From the NCBI GenBank assembly GCA_036845085.1, contig DAIUEN010000002.1:1-31940 (forward strand): a DNA stretch of 31,940 nt, given 5' to 3'. The position numbers were made by a program, and so were the translations under genes. The notes below the pieces were generated by a model. It was not told the DNA's origin. It ran no database searches and was given only the letters and a program-made list of their open reading frames with translations. Of the stretch, positions 1 to 9,435 are shown piece by piece; the stretch's first letter is position 1; each line of letters opens with the position of its first letter. Source of the DNA: Candidatus Nanopusillus sp. GTDB lineage: Archaea; Nanobdellota; Nanobdellia; Nanobdellales; Nanobdellaceae.

Positions 1-270
1 GTATATAATAATAATGTTTTTTGTGTTTACTATGCATATTTGTATTATCCCGTTTCTTTATATTGTGTTCCAGCGAGTGAATATAGATTTCATACTTATG
101 CATTTAAAGATTCTTTATTAATATCATACTATATATATGCACAATCTGTAAATCTAACTAAAAACCCATATTATATCCCAGTCTATGGCGTTTCTAATAA
201 ACCATATTCTTTAATTTATATCAATATATCAAATCCTTATAAAAATCCTGGTTATTATATTTTGCCATAA
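1..270 (+). CDS. 3' end of a larger Tyr-rich protein entering from upstream of the window (partial)
   Basis: Frame 1 is open from nt 1 to TAA 268-270. The track starts it at TTG 40, but no stop lies upstream. 20 Tyr in 89 codons with repeated (N/K)PY(Y) motifs. No recognisable domain. Confidence 0.5.
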   Translation, partial: VYNNNVFCVYYAYLYYPVSLYCVPASEYRFHTYAFKDSLLISYYIYAQSVNLTKNPYYIPVYGVSNKPYSLIYINISNPYKNPGYYILP

Positions 271-315
271 ATATTTATTGAAAGTTTATAATTATCCAAA
301 TACTTTATATAAAAA

Positions 316-2103
316 ATGGATGAAGATTTTTTTAAAACACTATTTGACGTAATAAAGAGACGAGAAGAAGTTCTTAAAAAGAAAAAAGAGTATAAAATAT
401 ATTTAAGTAGTCTTAGAGTTCCAAATGTTAGTTATCCTTATGCCTCAAATTTTCAATATAAAGTAGATAAAAAATATTCGAAGAAGAAAAAAACCAAAAA
501 AAGAGTTTTACTCAATAATGTTGGAATAGAGCTACCTAGCGTTGAAAAAAGAAAAATAAGCGAACAAGATAGATTAAAATTTTTTGTAGAGATTTATGGA
601 AAAAATTCTGGAGTAGATTCTATGAAATATCCCGTTACAAAGATGAAAATATTGGGAGTAGAATATGTTTTTGCTTATGCTAATATAGTATGGAATCCCA
701 ATAATAATGAATTAGTATATAATGTGATTGAACCTCCAATAAGTGAAGAAGAAAAGAATATTATTTCTATGTTAATAGGAGAATTAATAAAACGATTAGA
801 AATACCTGTAGAATATATCAAGTTAGATTTTGAAAAAATAAAAGAAAACATAGTTCAAAATATTTTATCCATTATAAAATATAAAAAAATAAATATTCCT
901 CAAGATAGATTACCCATTATATTATATTATGTAATAAGAGATAGTATTGGATATGGAAAAATAGATCCTTTAATGAGGGATCCTTTAATTGAAGATATAT
1001 CGTGTAATGGATATGGTATTCCTGTATTTATATTCCATAGGAATCCAATAATCGGAGAAATAAAAACAAATATCATATTTTCATCAGAAGAAGAATTAGA
1101 CGATTTTGTAATGAAATTATCTATAAGATCTGGGAGGGTAGTTTCTGCTGCAAATCCTTTATTAGATGGAACACTTCCAGATGGATCAAGATTGCAGATA
1201 ACTTATGGAAAAGATATTTCTAGGAAAGGATCTTCTTTTACAATAAGAAAATTTACGGAAGATCCATTTACTATAACTGATTTACTTGCTTATGGTACTG
1301 TTGATGAATATCTAGCTGCATATTTATGGTTATTAGTCGAGGAAGGAAGATCTTTCTTAGTTTCTGGTGGTACAGCAACTGGTAAAACTTCCTTTTTGAA
1401 TGCAATATCTATGTTTATAAAACCAGAAAAGAAAATAGTATCCATAGAAGATACTGCAGAATTAAGATTACCACACCCAAATTGGTTACAAGAGGTTGCT
1501 AGGCCTGGGTACGGTCCCAATAGATATGGTGAAGTAACAATGTTTGATCTTTTAAAAGCAGCCTTAAGGCAAAGACCAGATTATATAATTGTAGGTGAGG
1601 TGAGAGGAGAAGAGGCTTATATACTATTCCAAGCTATGGCTACTGGCCATGCTGGATTAGGAACCATTCATGCAGAAAGTATGGAAGCTTTAATAGATAG
1701 ACTACTTTCTCCGCCAATAAGTCTACCCCCATCTTTATTAGAGGTTCTAGATGCTGTTGTATTCTTAAAGAGAATGAAATATCAGGGAAAATATGTAAGA
1801 AGAGTTGATAAAATTTATGAAATTGTTGGATTTAATAGGAAGAAAAATGATGTAGAAAGAATAGAATCATTTGTTTGGGAACCTTCAAATGATTCTTTTA
1901 AACCAAAAAGTAGTGTAATATTGAATAAAATCATGAAACTAAGGAATTGGAGCAAAGAAGATTTAGAATTAAATCTAAAACTTAAAATGAAGGTAATAGA
2001 TTATTTATTTGAGAATAAAATAAGAGACTATAGAAAAATAGGGGAAATAGTTAAATTATACTATTATGATATCGATAAATTAGTTAGAATTGTCGGTTTC
2101 TAA
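316..2103 (+). CDS. Type II/IV secretion-family hexameric ATPase (archaeal ArlI/FlaI-PilB type)
   Basis: 595 aa. Walker A GGTATGKTS, Asp/Walker B box DYIIVGEVRGEEA and His box GHAGLGTIHA are typical of the VirB11/GspE/FlaI family. Lys-rich N-terminal extension. Confidence 0.9.
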   Translation: MDEDFFKTLFDVIKRREEVLKKKKEYKIYLSSLRVPNVSYPYASNFQYKVDKKYSKKKKTKKRVLLNNVGIELPSVEKRKISEQDRLKFFVEIYGKNSGVDSMKYPVTKMKILGVEYVFAYANIVWNPNNNELVYNVIEPPISEEEKNIISMLIGELIKRLEIPVEYIKLDFEKIKENIVQNILSIIKYKKINIPQDRLPIILYYVIRDSIGYGKIDPLMRDPLIEDISCNGYGIPVFIFHRNPIIGEIKTNIIFSSEEELDDFVMKLSIRSGRVVSAANPLLDGTLPDGSRLQITYGKDISRKGSSFTIRKFTEDPFTITDLLAYGTVDEYLAAYLWLLVEEGRSFLVSGGTATGKTSFLNAISMFIKPEKKIVSIEDTAELRLPHPNWLQEVARPGYGPNRYGEVTMFDLLKAALRQRPDYIIVGEVRGEEAYILFQAMATGHAGLGTIHAESMEALIDRLLSPPISLPPSLLEVLDAVVFLKRMKYQGKYVRRVDKIYEIVGFNRKKNDVERIESFVWEPSNDSFKPKSSVILNKIMKLRNWSKEDLELNLKLKMKVIDYLFENKIRDYRKIGEIVKLYYYDIDKLVRIVGF

Positions 2104-2747
2104 ATGTTGTACTCTTTTATTTCTATTAATTCCATGGGTTTTTTATTGTAGAACTTTATTATGTAATTCTTATTTTTTTCAACTTGATACTTATCTGGAT
2201 CTAAATAAATAACAGTAAATTTATCTGTAATGACTCTTATATATCGATCTGTAATTTTTGTTACCTTACCAATTACTTGAGAAATTTTATACGGATATAA
2301 GTCTATATTTTCATTTATTTCATCTATAAGTTTTACATTATTTACAAATATAGCTAAATAATTATTATTTAATACAATACCATTTCTTATAGATATACAT
2401 TTACCACTAGCTAAGATATTTTCTTTAATTTTCCAATTTTTGTCTTTTATAATTACTTTTATCATTCCAGTTTCATCTCCAGCATCAAATATAATTATAT
2501 CATCTCTTTTAAACAAGATTTCATTTATTTTAAGTTTTATAGAGTTTATTTTCATACCAGATCTTAAACTTTTTACTTTTATGTTCATTAGATCTTCTAA
2601 ATTTATTCCAAAGTCTTTTAGTATTAGCAAAATAGCAGTTTCTTCATTTATTAAGTTATATTTTTCTTCAATTTTCTTCTTTATAAGCTCTTCTAATTTG
2701 GATTTTGGTATATTTAGTATCTCAGCAACATAATCTTTATTAATCAT
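2100..2747 (-). CDS. RPA-like OB-fold single-stranded DNA-binding protein
   Basis: A helical N-terminus (EELIKKKIEEKYNLINEETAILLILKDFGI) is followed by DAGDETGMIKVIIKDKNW, which matches the archaeal RPA OB-fold pattern D-x-TG-x-I...W. Start placed at Met27 (ATG at 2747), because the longer track ORF (to 2825) would overlap the cbf5 start. Confidence 0.55.
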   Translation of the reverse strand: MINKDYVAEILNIPKSKLEELIKKKIEEKYNLINEETAILLILKDFGINLEDLMNIKVKSLRSGMKINSIKLKINEILFKRDDIIIFDAGDETGMIKVIIKDKNWKIKENILASGKCISIRNGIVLNNNYLAIFVNNVKLIDEINENIDLYPYKISQVIGKVTKITDRYIRVITDKFTVIYLDPDKYQVEKNKNYIIKFYNKKPMELIEIKEYNI

Positions 2748-2800
2748 AATTATTTGTTTATAAAAAAGATTTTTATCTATACTTAGTAAAATTATTTTAG

Positions 2801-3832
2801 ATGTTGGAATATTGCAAATTTCCATATGAATTGGAAAAATATGAAATACTGGTAAAAAGAGAAGAAGAAACAGATCCTAGATATGGATATGATCCTTTTA
2901 AAAGACCTGTAGATTATTTGTTAGATTATTCAATAATAAATCTAGATAAACCAAAAGGACCTACTTCGCATCAAGTATCCGCATGGATAAAAAATATTGT
3001 AGGAAAAAAAGTTGGTCATGGAGGTACATTGGATCCGAAAGTTACTGGAGTATTACCTATAGGAATTAGTAGGGCGACAAAAGTATTAAACCTATTTCTA
3101 AATGCTGGAAAAGAATATATAGCATATATGCATTTACATTCTAATGTGGATCCAGAAAAAGTTTTTGAAGCATTGAAGAAATTTGAAGGAGAAATATTAC
3201 AAAAGCCACCACTTAAATCAGCAGTAAAAAAAAGAATAAGAAAAAAGAGAGTATATTGTATTAAAGTATTGGAGTATGATGGGCGAGATTGGCTATTACA
3301 GGTATCTACTGAAGCGGGAGTGTATATTAGGAAACTAATTGATGACATAGGAAAATATTTGGGAGTTGGTGCACATATGCAGCAATTAAGGAGGATTAGG
3401 GTAGGAGAATTAAAAGAAGATTCTGAAAAATATCCATTAGTTAATTTACATGATATAGTAGATTCTTTATGGTTTTGGAGAAATGAAAATAATGAAAAAT
3501 ATTTAAGAAAAGTATTTTTGCCACCCGAAGTTGCAGCTGAACATCTTAAGAAAATATGGATATTAGATACTGCAGTAAATTCTATCTGTTATGGAGCAAA
3601 TTTGACAGTAAGGGGTGTATCTAAATTATATTCAAATATAAAAAAGGGAGATCTAGTTGCAATATTTACTTTAAAGAATGAACTAGTTGCAGTCGGACAT
3701 GCATTAATGTCTTCAGAAGAAATCATGAATAGTAATCAAGGTGTTGCTGTAGATGTAGAAAGAGTATTTATGAAAAAAGATTTATATCCTAGGGTTTGGA
3801 AATCTAAAAATGAAAATATTGGGAATAGATGA
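2801..3832 (+). CDS. cbf5: H/ACA RNP pseudouridine synthase Cbf5 (TruB family)
   Basis: Catalytic TruB motif HGGTLDPKVTGVLPIG, a KPKGPTSH motif and a C-terminal PUA-like domain. 343 aa. Confidence 0.95.
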   Translation: MLEYCKFPYELEKYEILVKREEETDPRYGYDPFKRPVDYLLDYSIINLDKPKGPTSHQVSAWIKNIVGKKVGHGGTLDPKVTGVLPIGISRATKVLNLFLNAGKEYIAYMHLHSNVDPEKVFEALKKFEGEILQKPPLKSAVKKRIRKKRVYCIKVLEYDGRDWLLQVSTEAGVYIRKLIDDIGKYLGVGAHMQQLRRIRVGELKEDSEKYPLVNLHDIVDSLWFWRNENNEKYLRKVFLPPEVAAEHLKKIWILDTAVNSICYGANLTVRGVSKLYSNIKKGDLVAIFTLKNELVAVGHALMSSEEIMNSNQGVAVDVERVFMKKDLYPRVWKSKNENIGNR

Positions 3833-4451
3833 AGCAGGAAGAGGTCCTATTGTAGGACCTATGGTAATTGCAGGATTTATGTGTAACGAACAGGATATAC
3901 CAATACTAAAAGATATTGGAGTTAGAGATTCAAAAGATCTAAGTAGGAAGGAAAGAGAGAGAATATTTGAAGAAGTAATTTCTAAATTTAAAGATTACTA
4001 TTATATAACCATAAGTCCTCAAATTATAGATTATTATGTTTACAAGAGGAAATTAAACTATCTAGAGATCGAAAATATGGTAAAAATAATAAGTAAATTA
4101 AATCCGGATAAAGTATATATAGATTCTCCTAGCAGAAATATTAAAAGAATAAAAGAACTAATAGAAAAAAGTCTAAATAATAAAATAGAGATTATCGTAG
4201 ATATAAAAGCAGACAAAAAATATGAAGTAGTTTCTGCTGCATCTATAATTGCAAAAGTTATAAGAGATAGGGAGATCGATAATATAAAAGAAAAAACTAA
4301 GATAGATTTTGGATCTGGATATCCAGCAGATGAAAAAACAATAAACGCTATAAAAGAGAACTATGAATTACTAGAGAATTATATAAGAAAATCTTGGAGT
4401 ACATTAAGGAGAATCAATAATCAAAAATCTATAAAAGAGTTTTTTAAATAA
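3810..4451 (+). CDS. rnhB: Ribonuclease HII
   Basis: N-terminal GIDEAGRGPIVGPMVIAG, then DSK, SAASIIAK and GSGYP motifs. The start overlaps the cbf5 3' end by 23 nt. Confidence 0.95.
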   Translation: MKILGIDEAGRGPIVGPMVIAGFMCNEQDIPILKDIGVRDSKDLSRKERERIFEEVISKFKDYYYITISPQIIDYYVYKRKLNYLEIENMVKIISKLNPDKVYIDSPSRNIKRIKELIEKSLNNKIEIIVDIKADKKYEVVSAASIIAKVIRDREIDNIKEKTKIDFGSGYPADEKTINAIKENYELLENYIRKSWSTLRRINNQKSIKEFFK

Positions 4452-4453
4452 CT

Positions 4454-6724
4454 TTATTTATTTCTTTTAATTTCAAATAATTCTCCTTCAATCTTTTCTT
4501 TGAATAGTTCGTCATGAGTACATAGTATTATTTGGTAATCTTTTAAACTGTCTAATAATTCTGCTAAAGATATTCTATTATTTTCATCTAAAGATTCTGT
4601 AGGCTCATCTAATAATAGTGTATTAATATTCAATTTTAATAAAGATGCTATAGATAGTCTTAGTGCTAAATCTAATATTTTAATTTGTCCACCGCTTAGT
4701 CCAGCTTCATTTATAGTTTTCCTTATCTCTCTATTATCTATTTTTTTAATTACATATATATCAAAGATCATTTCGCCCTTTCTATTTTTGCTTAAATCTA
4801 TACCTACATCGACTATATCATCATATCTATATAATTTTCTGAAATAGTATTTAAATGCCACAGATAAGTTTTTTGATAAATTTTCTCTTAATTTTTCTAC
4901 GTATCTTTGTAAAGAACTTAATAATATTTTTAAATTATTTATATTTTTATATATTTTTTTTATTTTATTTGTAATTTCTTCATATTTTTTTGTTTTTTCT
5001 TTATAATTTTTTATTAATTCTGGTTTTAGGTTACTATATTTTTTTATTTCAGATTCTATATTGTTTAATTCTCTTTCGAAATCTGATAAGGATTCATAAT
5101 TATATTTTCTATATATTTCATTTATTTTTTCTAGATTATTTTTCATAGATTCTATTTTATATATTTTTTTATTTATATCTTCTAATTCCTTCTTTATATT
5201 GTTAATTTGGGTTTCTATATTGCTTATAGAGGCTGATATTTTTTTAGATTTAAGATAATTTATGGTATCTTCAATCAATTTATAATTTTCATAATTTTTT
5301 AAATCTTCTTTAAGCTTATTTAATTCACTTTCAATACTTTTTTCTTCATTTTCTATATTTTCTATTTTTATTTTACTTTGTAATTTTTCTTTTATATAAA
5401 TATACCTTCTGTGTTTATACTCCAAATCTTTTATCTTTTTTTCAATTTCTTCTAATTTTCTTTTATTATTTTCTAGCTTACTTTTGATATTCGTAATTTC
5501 TTTAGTATATTCATCTAATAGCTTTTTATGGAGATCTTCTGTGAGTTCTCTTTTACATATTGGACAGATATTAATTTCTTTCTTTAATAATTCTATATAT
5601 TCTAGTATCTCTTTTAGTTTGCTTTCTAATGTACTATTATCTTTTATTAAATTATTTTTATCGTTTATTACTTTCTCGTATTCATAACTTACATTTTCAT
5701 AATTTTTGAATTCTTTTATATCTCTTAAAATCTCTTCTTTTTCTCTTATTTTAAAACTAATTTCAGATATGTTTAAATTTTTATATATCTCTAATCTTTT
5801 TACTATTTCTTCTAATTCTTCTATTGATTTTTTAATTAAATCTTCGGAATATTTTTCGTATTTTAGGTTTTTAAGTTCGGTTTTAAGATTTATTAGAGCT
5901 TCTTGTAATTTATTTTGTTCTAAAATTAATTCTTCTTTTTTATTTTTTATAAAATCTTCTTGAGATAATAAATTGTAATCTATAGAACTATAAAGAGTTT
6001 TTACATTAATATAGTCTTTATATAGTTTGTCTTTTTTATTTAGTAATTCATTATATTTTTCCACTTCTTTTAATAATTCATCTACATTTTTATCTCCATA
6101 AATTTCTTTATACATCTCGATATCTTTTATTATAATGCTTTTTTCTCTCTCTAAATATTCTTTTTCTTTTTCTAAGTCTCTTATTAATCCTTCTATAACT
6201 TTAATTATGTTTGAATAAAATTCTATATCAAACATATTTTCTAATTTCTTTGTTAATTCTTCTTTTCCTGATAATAGTATATATCTACCTAAATCTCCTT
6301 GTTTTATATATAGAACATCAGAAAATTTTTCAATTCTTCTTATGTTTAATAGTTCTCTTATTTTTTTGTTTACTATTTCAACACCATTTGCTAACATAAT
6401 TTTTCCTTCATTGTCTATTCTATAAATTCTTGCATCAGATTCTCCACTATTATTTGCAGACCTTTCTATTAAATATTTTACATTATTATCAATTAGTTCA
6501 ATCTCTACTTTCATATTACTATATCCATGCCTTATTAACGAAGAGATACTACTAGCATTTATATAAGGTAAAGCCTGTTTTCCAAATAATGAAAATAATA
6601 TAGCATGGAAAATAGAACTTTTGCCTACACCATTTTCTCCAATTATAAGATTTTTATTACCAAATTTTAGTTCTCTATCTTTATGAGATTTAAAGTTTTC
6701 TAATTTTAATCTATATATCTTCAT
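4454..6724 (-). CDS. rad50: DNA double-strand break repair ATPase Rad50
   Basis: Walker A GENGVGKSS, a long Lys/Glu coiled coil with zinc hook CPIC, signature LSGGQ, Walker B LLLDEPT and a CTHD H-loop. ATGA overlap with mre11. Confidence 0.9.
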   Translation of the reverse strand: MKIYRLKLENFKSHKDRELKFGNKNLIIGENGVGKSSIFHAILFSLFGKQALPYINASSISSLIRHGYSNMKVEIELIDNNVKYLIERSANNSGESDARIYRIDNEGKIMLANGVEIVNKKIRELLNIRRIEKFSDVLYIKQGDLGRYILLSGKEELTKKLENMFDIEFYSNIIKVIEGLIRDLEKEKEYLEREKSIIIKDIEMYKEIYGDKNVDELLKEVEKYNELLNKKDKLYKDYINVKTLYSSIDYNLLSQEDFIKNKKEELILEQNKLQEALINLKTELKNLKYEKYSEDLIKKSIEELEEIVKRLEIYKNLNISEISFKIREKEEILRDIKEFKNYENVSYEYEKVINDKNNLIKDNSTLESKLKEILEYIELLKKEINICPICKRELTEDLHKKLLDEYTKEITNIKSKLENNKRKLEEIEKKIKDLEYKHRRYIYIKEKLQSKIKIENIENEEKSIESELNKLKEDLKNYENYKLIEDTINYLKSKKISASISNIETQINNIKKELEDINKKIYKIESMKNNLEKINEIYRKYNYESLSDFERELNNIESEIKKYSNLKPELIKNYKEKTKKYEEITNKIKKIYKNINNLKILLSSLQRYVEKLRENLSKNLSVAFKYYFRKLYRYDDIVDVGIDLSKNRKGEMIFDIYVIKKIDNREIRKTINEAGLSGGQIKILDLALRLSIASLLKLNINTLLLDEPTESLDENNRISLAELLDSLKDYQIILCTHDELFKEKIEGELFEIKRNK

Positions 6725-7866
6725 TTTATTAAAACTTTAAATAATTCTTCTCTTATTCTATCTAATTCAGATTCTCTTCCTGTATAAAAATCATCAAAAT
6801 ACTCTTTTATAATATTAAACAGATTTAATATTTCTTCTTTATTAGATATTAATATATTTTTATCTATAATCTCTTCTAATGTTTCTGTTGATATATAATT
6901 ATCTATGAATTCTTTGTCATCTATTTGTAAACTATCATCTATAATTAAAAATTTATCTTCGATCAACGAATTTATAGTAGATTTTAATTTGTAGTAAAGA
7001 TCTTTGTTGTATCTTATTTTTAATTTTATTATTGTTTCTTTACTTTTTTTATATATATTTTCTTTTAACTTTTCAATATCTTCTTCTTTTTCTAATATTC
7101 CTTCATAAATATATATGGGTCTTACGTTAATTTTGATAAACTCTATTTTATCGTCTTCTATGTAATAAAATCCTTTTTCAGATTTTTCTTCTTCTTTTGA
7201 TATTTCAGTTCTTTCTGTAGATCCAGGTAATACAAATTTTTTACCATCTTTTTCATCGTAGTATCTTTTATGAAAATGTCCAAATCCATAGTAATCAATA
7301 TTTTTTGGTAGGTATTCTGTGGATAATACCCTCGGATCGCGGAAAGATTCTATAATACTTTCTGGAAATATATTTATTGCACCATGGAAGAGAAAAATAT
7401 TATATCCAGATTTCTCTGCGAAAAAATTGCTTAGTTGGCTTTTATAATATATTGATAGCGTCTCTCCAGATATTGTAGAAGGTTCAGATATCCCATATAT
7501 TTTTATATCTTTGAATTCTCCTGGTTTTTTTAAAGATACTTCTTTGATTAAATCTAATTTTGAAAATAAATCTAAAACTTGTTGTTTATGTCCTTTTATA
7601 TCATGATTGCCTCTAATATAGAATAGCGGTATATCTTTTTCTTTTAGTTTTAGTAGCAAATCTAATATTTCTATTACATATTTAGAACTAAACCTAAAGT
7701 AGTCATCAAAGAAATCTCCAGAATGTATTATAAAATCTACTTTTTTATTTATAGCGAAATCTATAACTTGGGAAAATGCTTTTAAAAAATCTTCTCTTCT
7801 TATATCCGAATACTGAACTGGTATTTGGCATCCCAAATGAGTATCAGATACATGTATAAACTTCAT
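6721..7866 (-). CDS. mre11: DNA double-strand break repair nuclease Mre11
   Basis: Calcineurin-like phosphoesterase motifs in order: VSDTHLG, SGDFFD, GNHD, LFHG, GHFH. Confidence 0.9.
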   Translation of the reverse strand: MKFIHVSDTHLGCQIPVQYSDIRREDFLKAFSQVIDFAINKKVDFIIHSGDFFDDYFRFSSKYVIEILDLLLKLKEKDIPLFYIRGNHDIKGHKQQVLDLFSKLDLIKEVSLKKPGEFKDIKIYGISEPSTISGETLSIYYKSQLSNFFAEKSGYNIFLFHGAINIFPESIIESFRDPRVLSTEYLPKNIDYYGFGHFHKRYYDEKDGKKFVLPGSTERTEISKEEEKSEKGFYYIEDDKIEFIKINVRPIYIYEGILEKEEDIEKLKENIYKKSKETIIKLKIRYNKDLYYKLKSTINSLIEDKFLIIDDSLQIDDKEFIDNYISTETLEEIIDKNILISNKEEILNLFNIIKEYFDDFYTGRESELDRIREELFKVLIK

Positions 7867-7921
7867 ATATATAAAATTATAATAGTACTTATAAACGTCC
7901 GATACTGTATAATGAAAAACT

Positions 7922-8386
7922 TTATCTTAAATCTTTGTTATATTTATTAGCTATTTGGCTTAGATATTCTTTTAAAAATTCTAATACTTTATCTCTATCT
8001 TTTTTAAAACCATCTATGCTTATTTTCATATGAAAGACATCATTTCCATACTTAACAGTAACTTTATTTTTAATTAGCAAATCTATTTTGTCTATTCTTA
8101 TATATATATTATAATTTTCATCAAAGTTAACATTTCTTAACATTTCTTCAATATTTAATCCCATGTTTATTAGATTATGTAAAATTTTCTCTATAATATC
8201 CTTTTTTTCGAGTGATATTTCATGTACATATAATTTGTCGCTAATAAGTCCTTTATCTACATATATTTTATACTTTATTTTTTTCTTTTCAATATCCTTC
8301 AGTAATTCTTCTATTTTTTTTATTATTAAATCTTTATCATCCCATTCGTGAATATTTACTCTAAGTACTATCTTAGAGATTTTCAT
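7922..8386 (-). CDS. Hypothetical protein, possibly the archaeal COG1931/DUF54 RNA-binding (exosome-associated) family
   Basis: 154 aa. The N-terminal pattern IVLRVNIHEWDDKDLIIKKIEELL resembles v-x-v-hxTED-ekv-al, and YIRIDKIDLL resembles the lRlDKQ motif of that family. This is motif memory only. Confidence 0.4.
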   Translation of the reverse strand: MKISKIVLRVNIHEWDDKDLIIKKIEELLKDIEKKKIKYKIYVDKGLISDKLYVHEISLEKKDIIEKILHNLINMGLNIEEMLRNVNFDENYNIYIRIDKIDLLIKNKVTVKYGNDVFHMKISIDGFKKDRDKVLEFLKEYLSQIANKYNKDLR

Positions 8387-8423
8387 AAAATTAAATTTTA
8401 TATATTAGTTTTAAAGTATAAAG

Positions 8424-8434
8424 TTTTTAAATAT
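8424..8434 (+). promoter_or_regulatory. TATA-like box for a leaderless pilin-like mRNA
   Basis: TTTTTAAATAT is centred about 26 nt upstream of ATG 8455. The AT-rich background makes this weak. Confidence 0.3.
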
Positions 8435-8454
8435 CTGAAAATCTTATATAGATT

Positions 8455-8853
8455 ATGAGAAAACCTGGACAAGGATTACCTTTAAATACTATTGTATTAG
8501 CTATAATAGCCTTATTGGTGTTAGTATTTCTTATATTAATATTTAGTGGAGGTATGGGTAGGTTTACTGGAGGTATGACTAGATATACAACAGAAGGACA
8601 AGTAAATGCAAGTACTTGTGCGGCATATGCTTCTACGTTAGAAAGCGCACTTTCTAATATCTATTCAGATGCTATAATTGAAGGTACTATAAGGGGTTCT
8701 GATTATTGTAAGAGGGGTTGTCCATCTATATTACCTAGAAATTTCTATTTACCAACTGGTGGTAGGGTGGAGTGTAGCAGCTCTGGTAATGCTGGTTCAT
8801 GTATTATATATACTGTTGAAAATCAGCAAAAAGCTTCTATAAATTGTCCTTAA
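8455..8853 (+). CDS. Type IV pilin-like protein with class III signal peptide and a Cys-rich globular domain
   Basis: MRKPG|QGLPLNTIVLAIIALLVLVFLILIF has a short basic N-terminus, a Gly-Gln putative prepilin peptidase site and a ~22-residue hydrophobic helix. The mature part has 6 Cys and is Gly/Ser/Thr-rich, with visibly higher GC than its neighbours. Confidence 0.65.
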   Translation: MRKPGQGLPLNTIVLAIIALLVLVFLILIFSGGMGRFTGGMTRYTTEGQVNASTCAAYASTLESALSNIYSDAIIEGTIRGSDYCKRGCPSILPRNFYLPTGGRVECSSSGNAGSCIIYTVENQQKASINCP

Positions 8854-8864
8854 TAAAAAATTTT

Positions 8865-9425
8865 TTAGTTAAGATTTTTGTTTTCTTCTTTTACTTCATT
8901 AGATTCTTCTGAAATTTTTTGTTTCCTAATTGGGTGATTTGGATCGTTTATTGGAGAATATTCATTGTATCTGATTAAATTTTCTTCATCTATCTTTACA
9001 AGGTATCCTGGAATGTCAATTACCTTATCTCCAATCATTATATGTCCATGTACTATTAGTTGCCTTGCTTGATATATTGTTTTTGCTAGGCCTTTCCTAT
9101 ATACTATTGTTTGTAATCTTCTTTCTAATATGTCTCTTGCAGTTAAATTTAAAGCTTCATTTAAATCTCCTTGTTTACTTATTAATCCATATTTAAGTAA
9201 CTTATTTTTTAATTTTTCTTCTTCTTTAGATACATCAAAACCTGCTGCTTTTTTAGCATTAAGATATCTTATATAATATCTAATTTTCCTAGCACTTGTT
9301 TCTGCTTTCCATATTTCTCTTTTGTTTTTTAGTCCGTATATTTTCATTAATATCTTTTCTTCTTCTATTCTATCTTTTTGCCATGGATGTGTAGGTGTAG
9401 ACCAAGTTTTTCTTTGTCTCCACAT
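8865..9425 (-). CDS. rps4: 30S ribosomal protein uS4
   Basis: N-terminal RKTWSTPTHPWQKDRIEEE and the S4 RNA-binding domain RRLQTIVYRKGLAKTIYQARQLIVHGHI. Acidic C-terminal tail. Confidence 0.95.
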   Translation of the reverse strand: MWRQRKTWSTPTHPWQKDRIEEEKILMKIYGLKNKREIWKAETSARKIRYYIRYLNAKKAAGFDVSKEEEKLKNKLLKYGLISKQGDLNEALNLTARDILERRLQTIVYRKGLAKTIYQARQLIVHGHIMIGDKVIDIPGYLVKIDEENLIRYNEYSPINDPNHPIRKQKISEESNEVKEENKNLN

Positions 9426-9435
9426 GGTTATTTAT

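Noticed and set aside
2748-2825. N-terminal 26-codon extension of the RPA-like ORF (track start at 2825)
   Set aside because: It would overlap the divergent cbf5 start by 25 nt and leave no promoter space. The internal Met at 2747 begins the conserved helical N-terminus.
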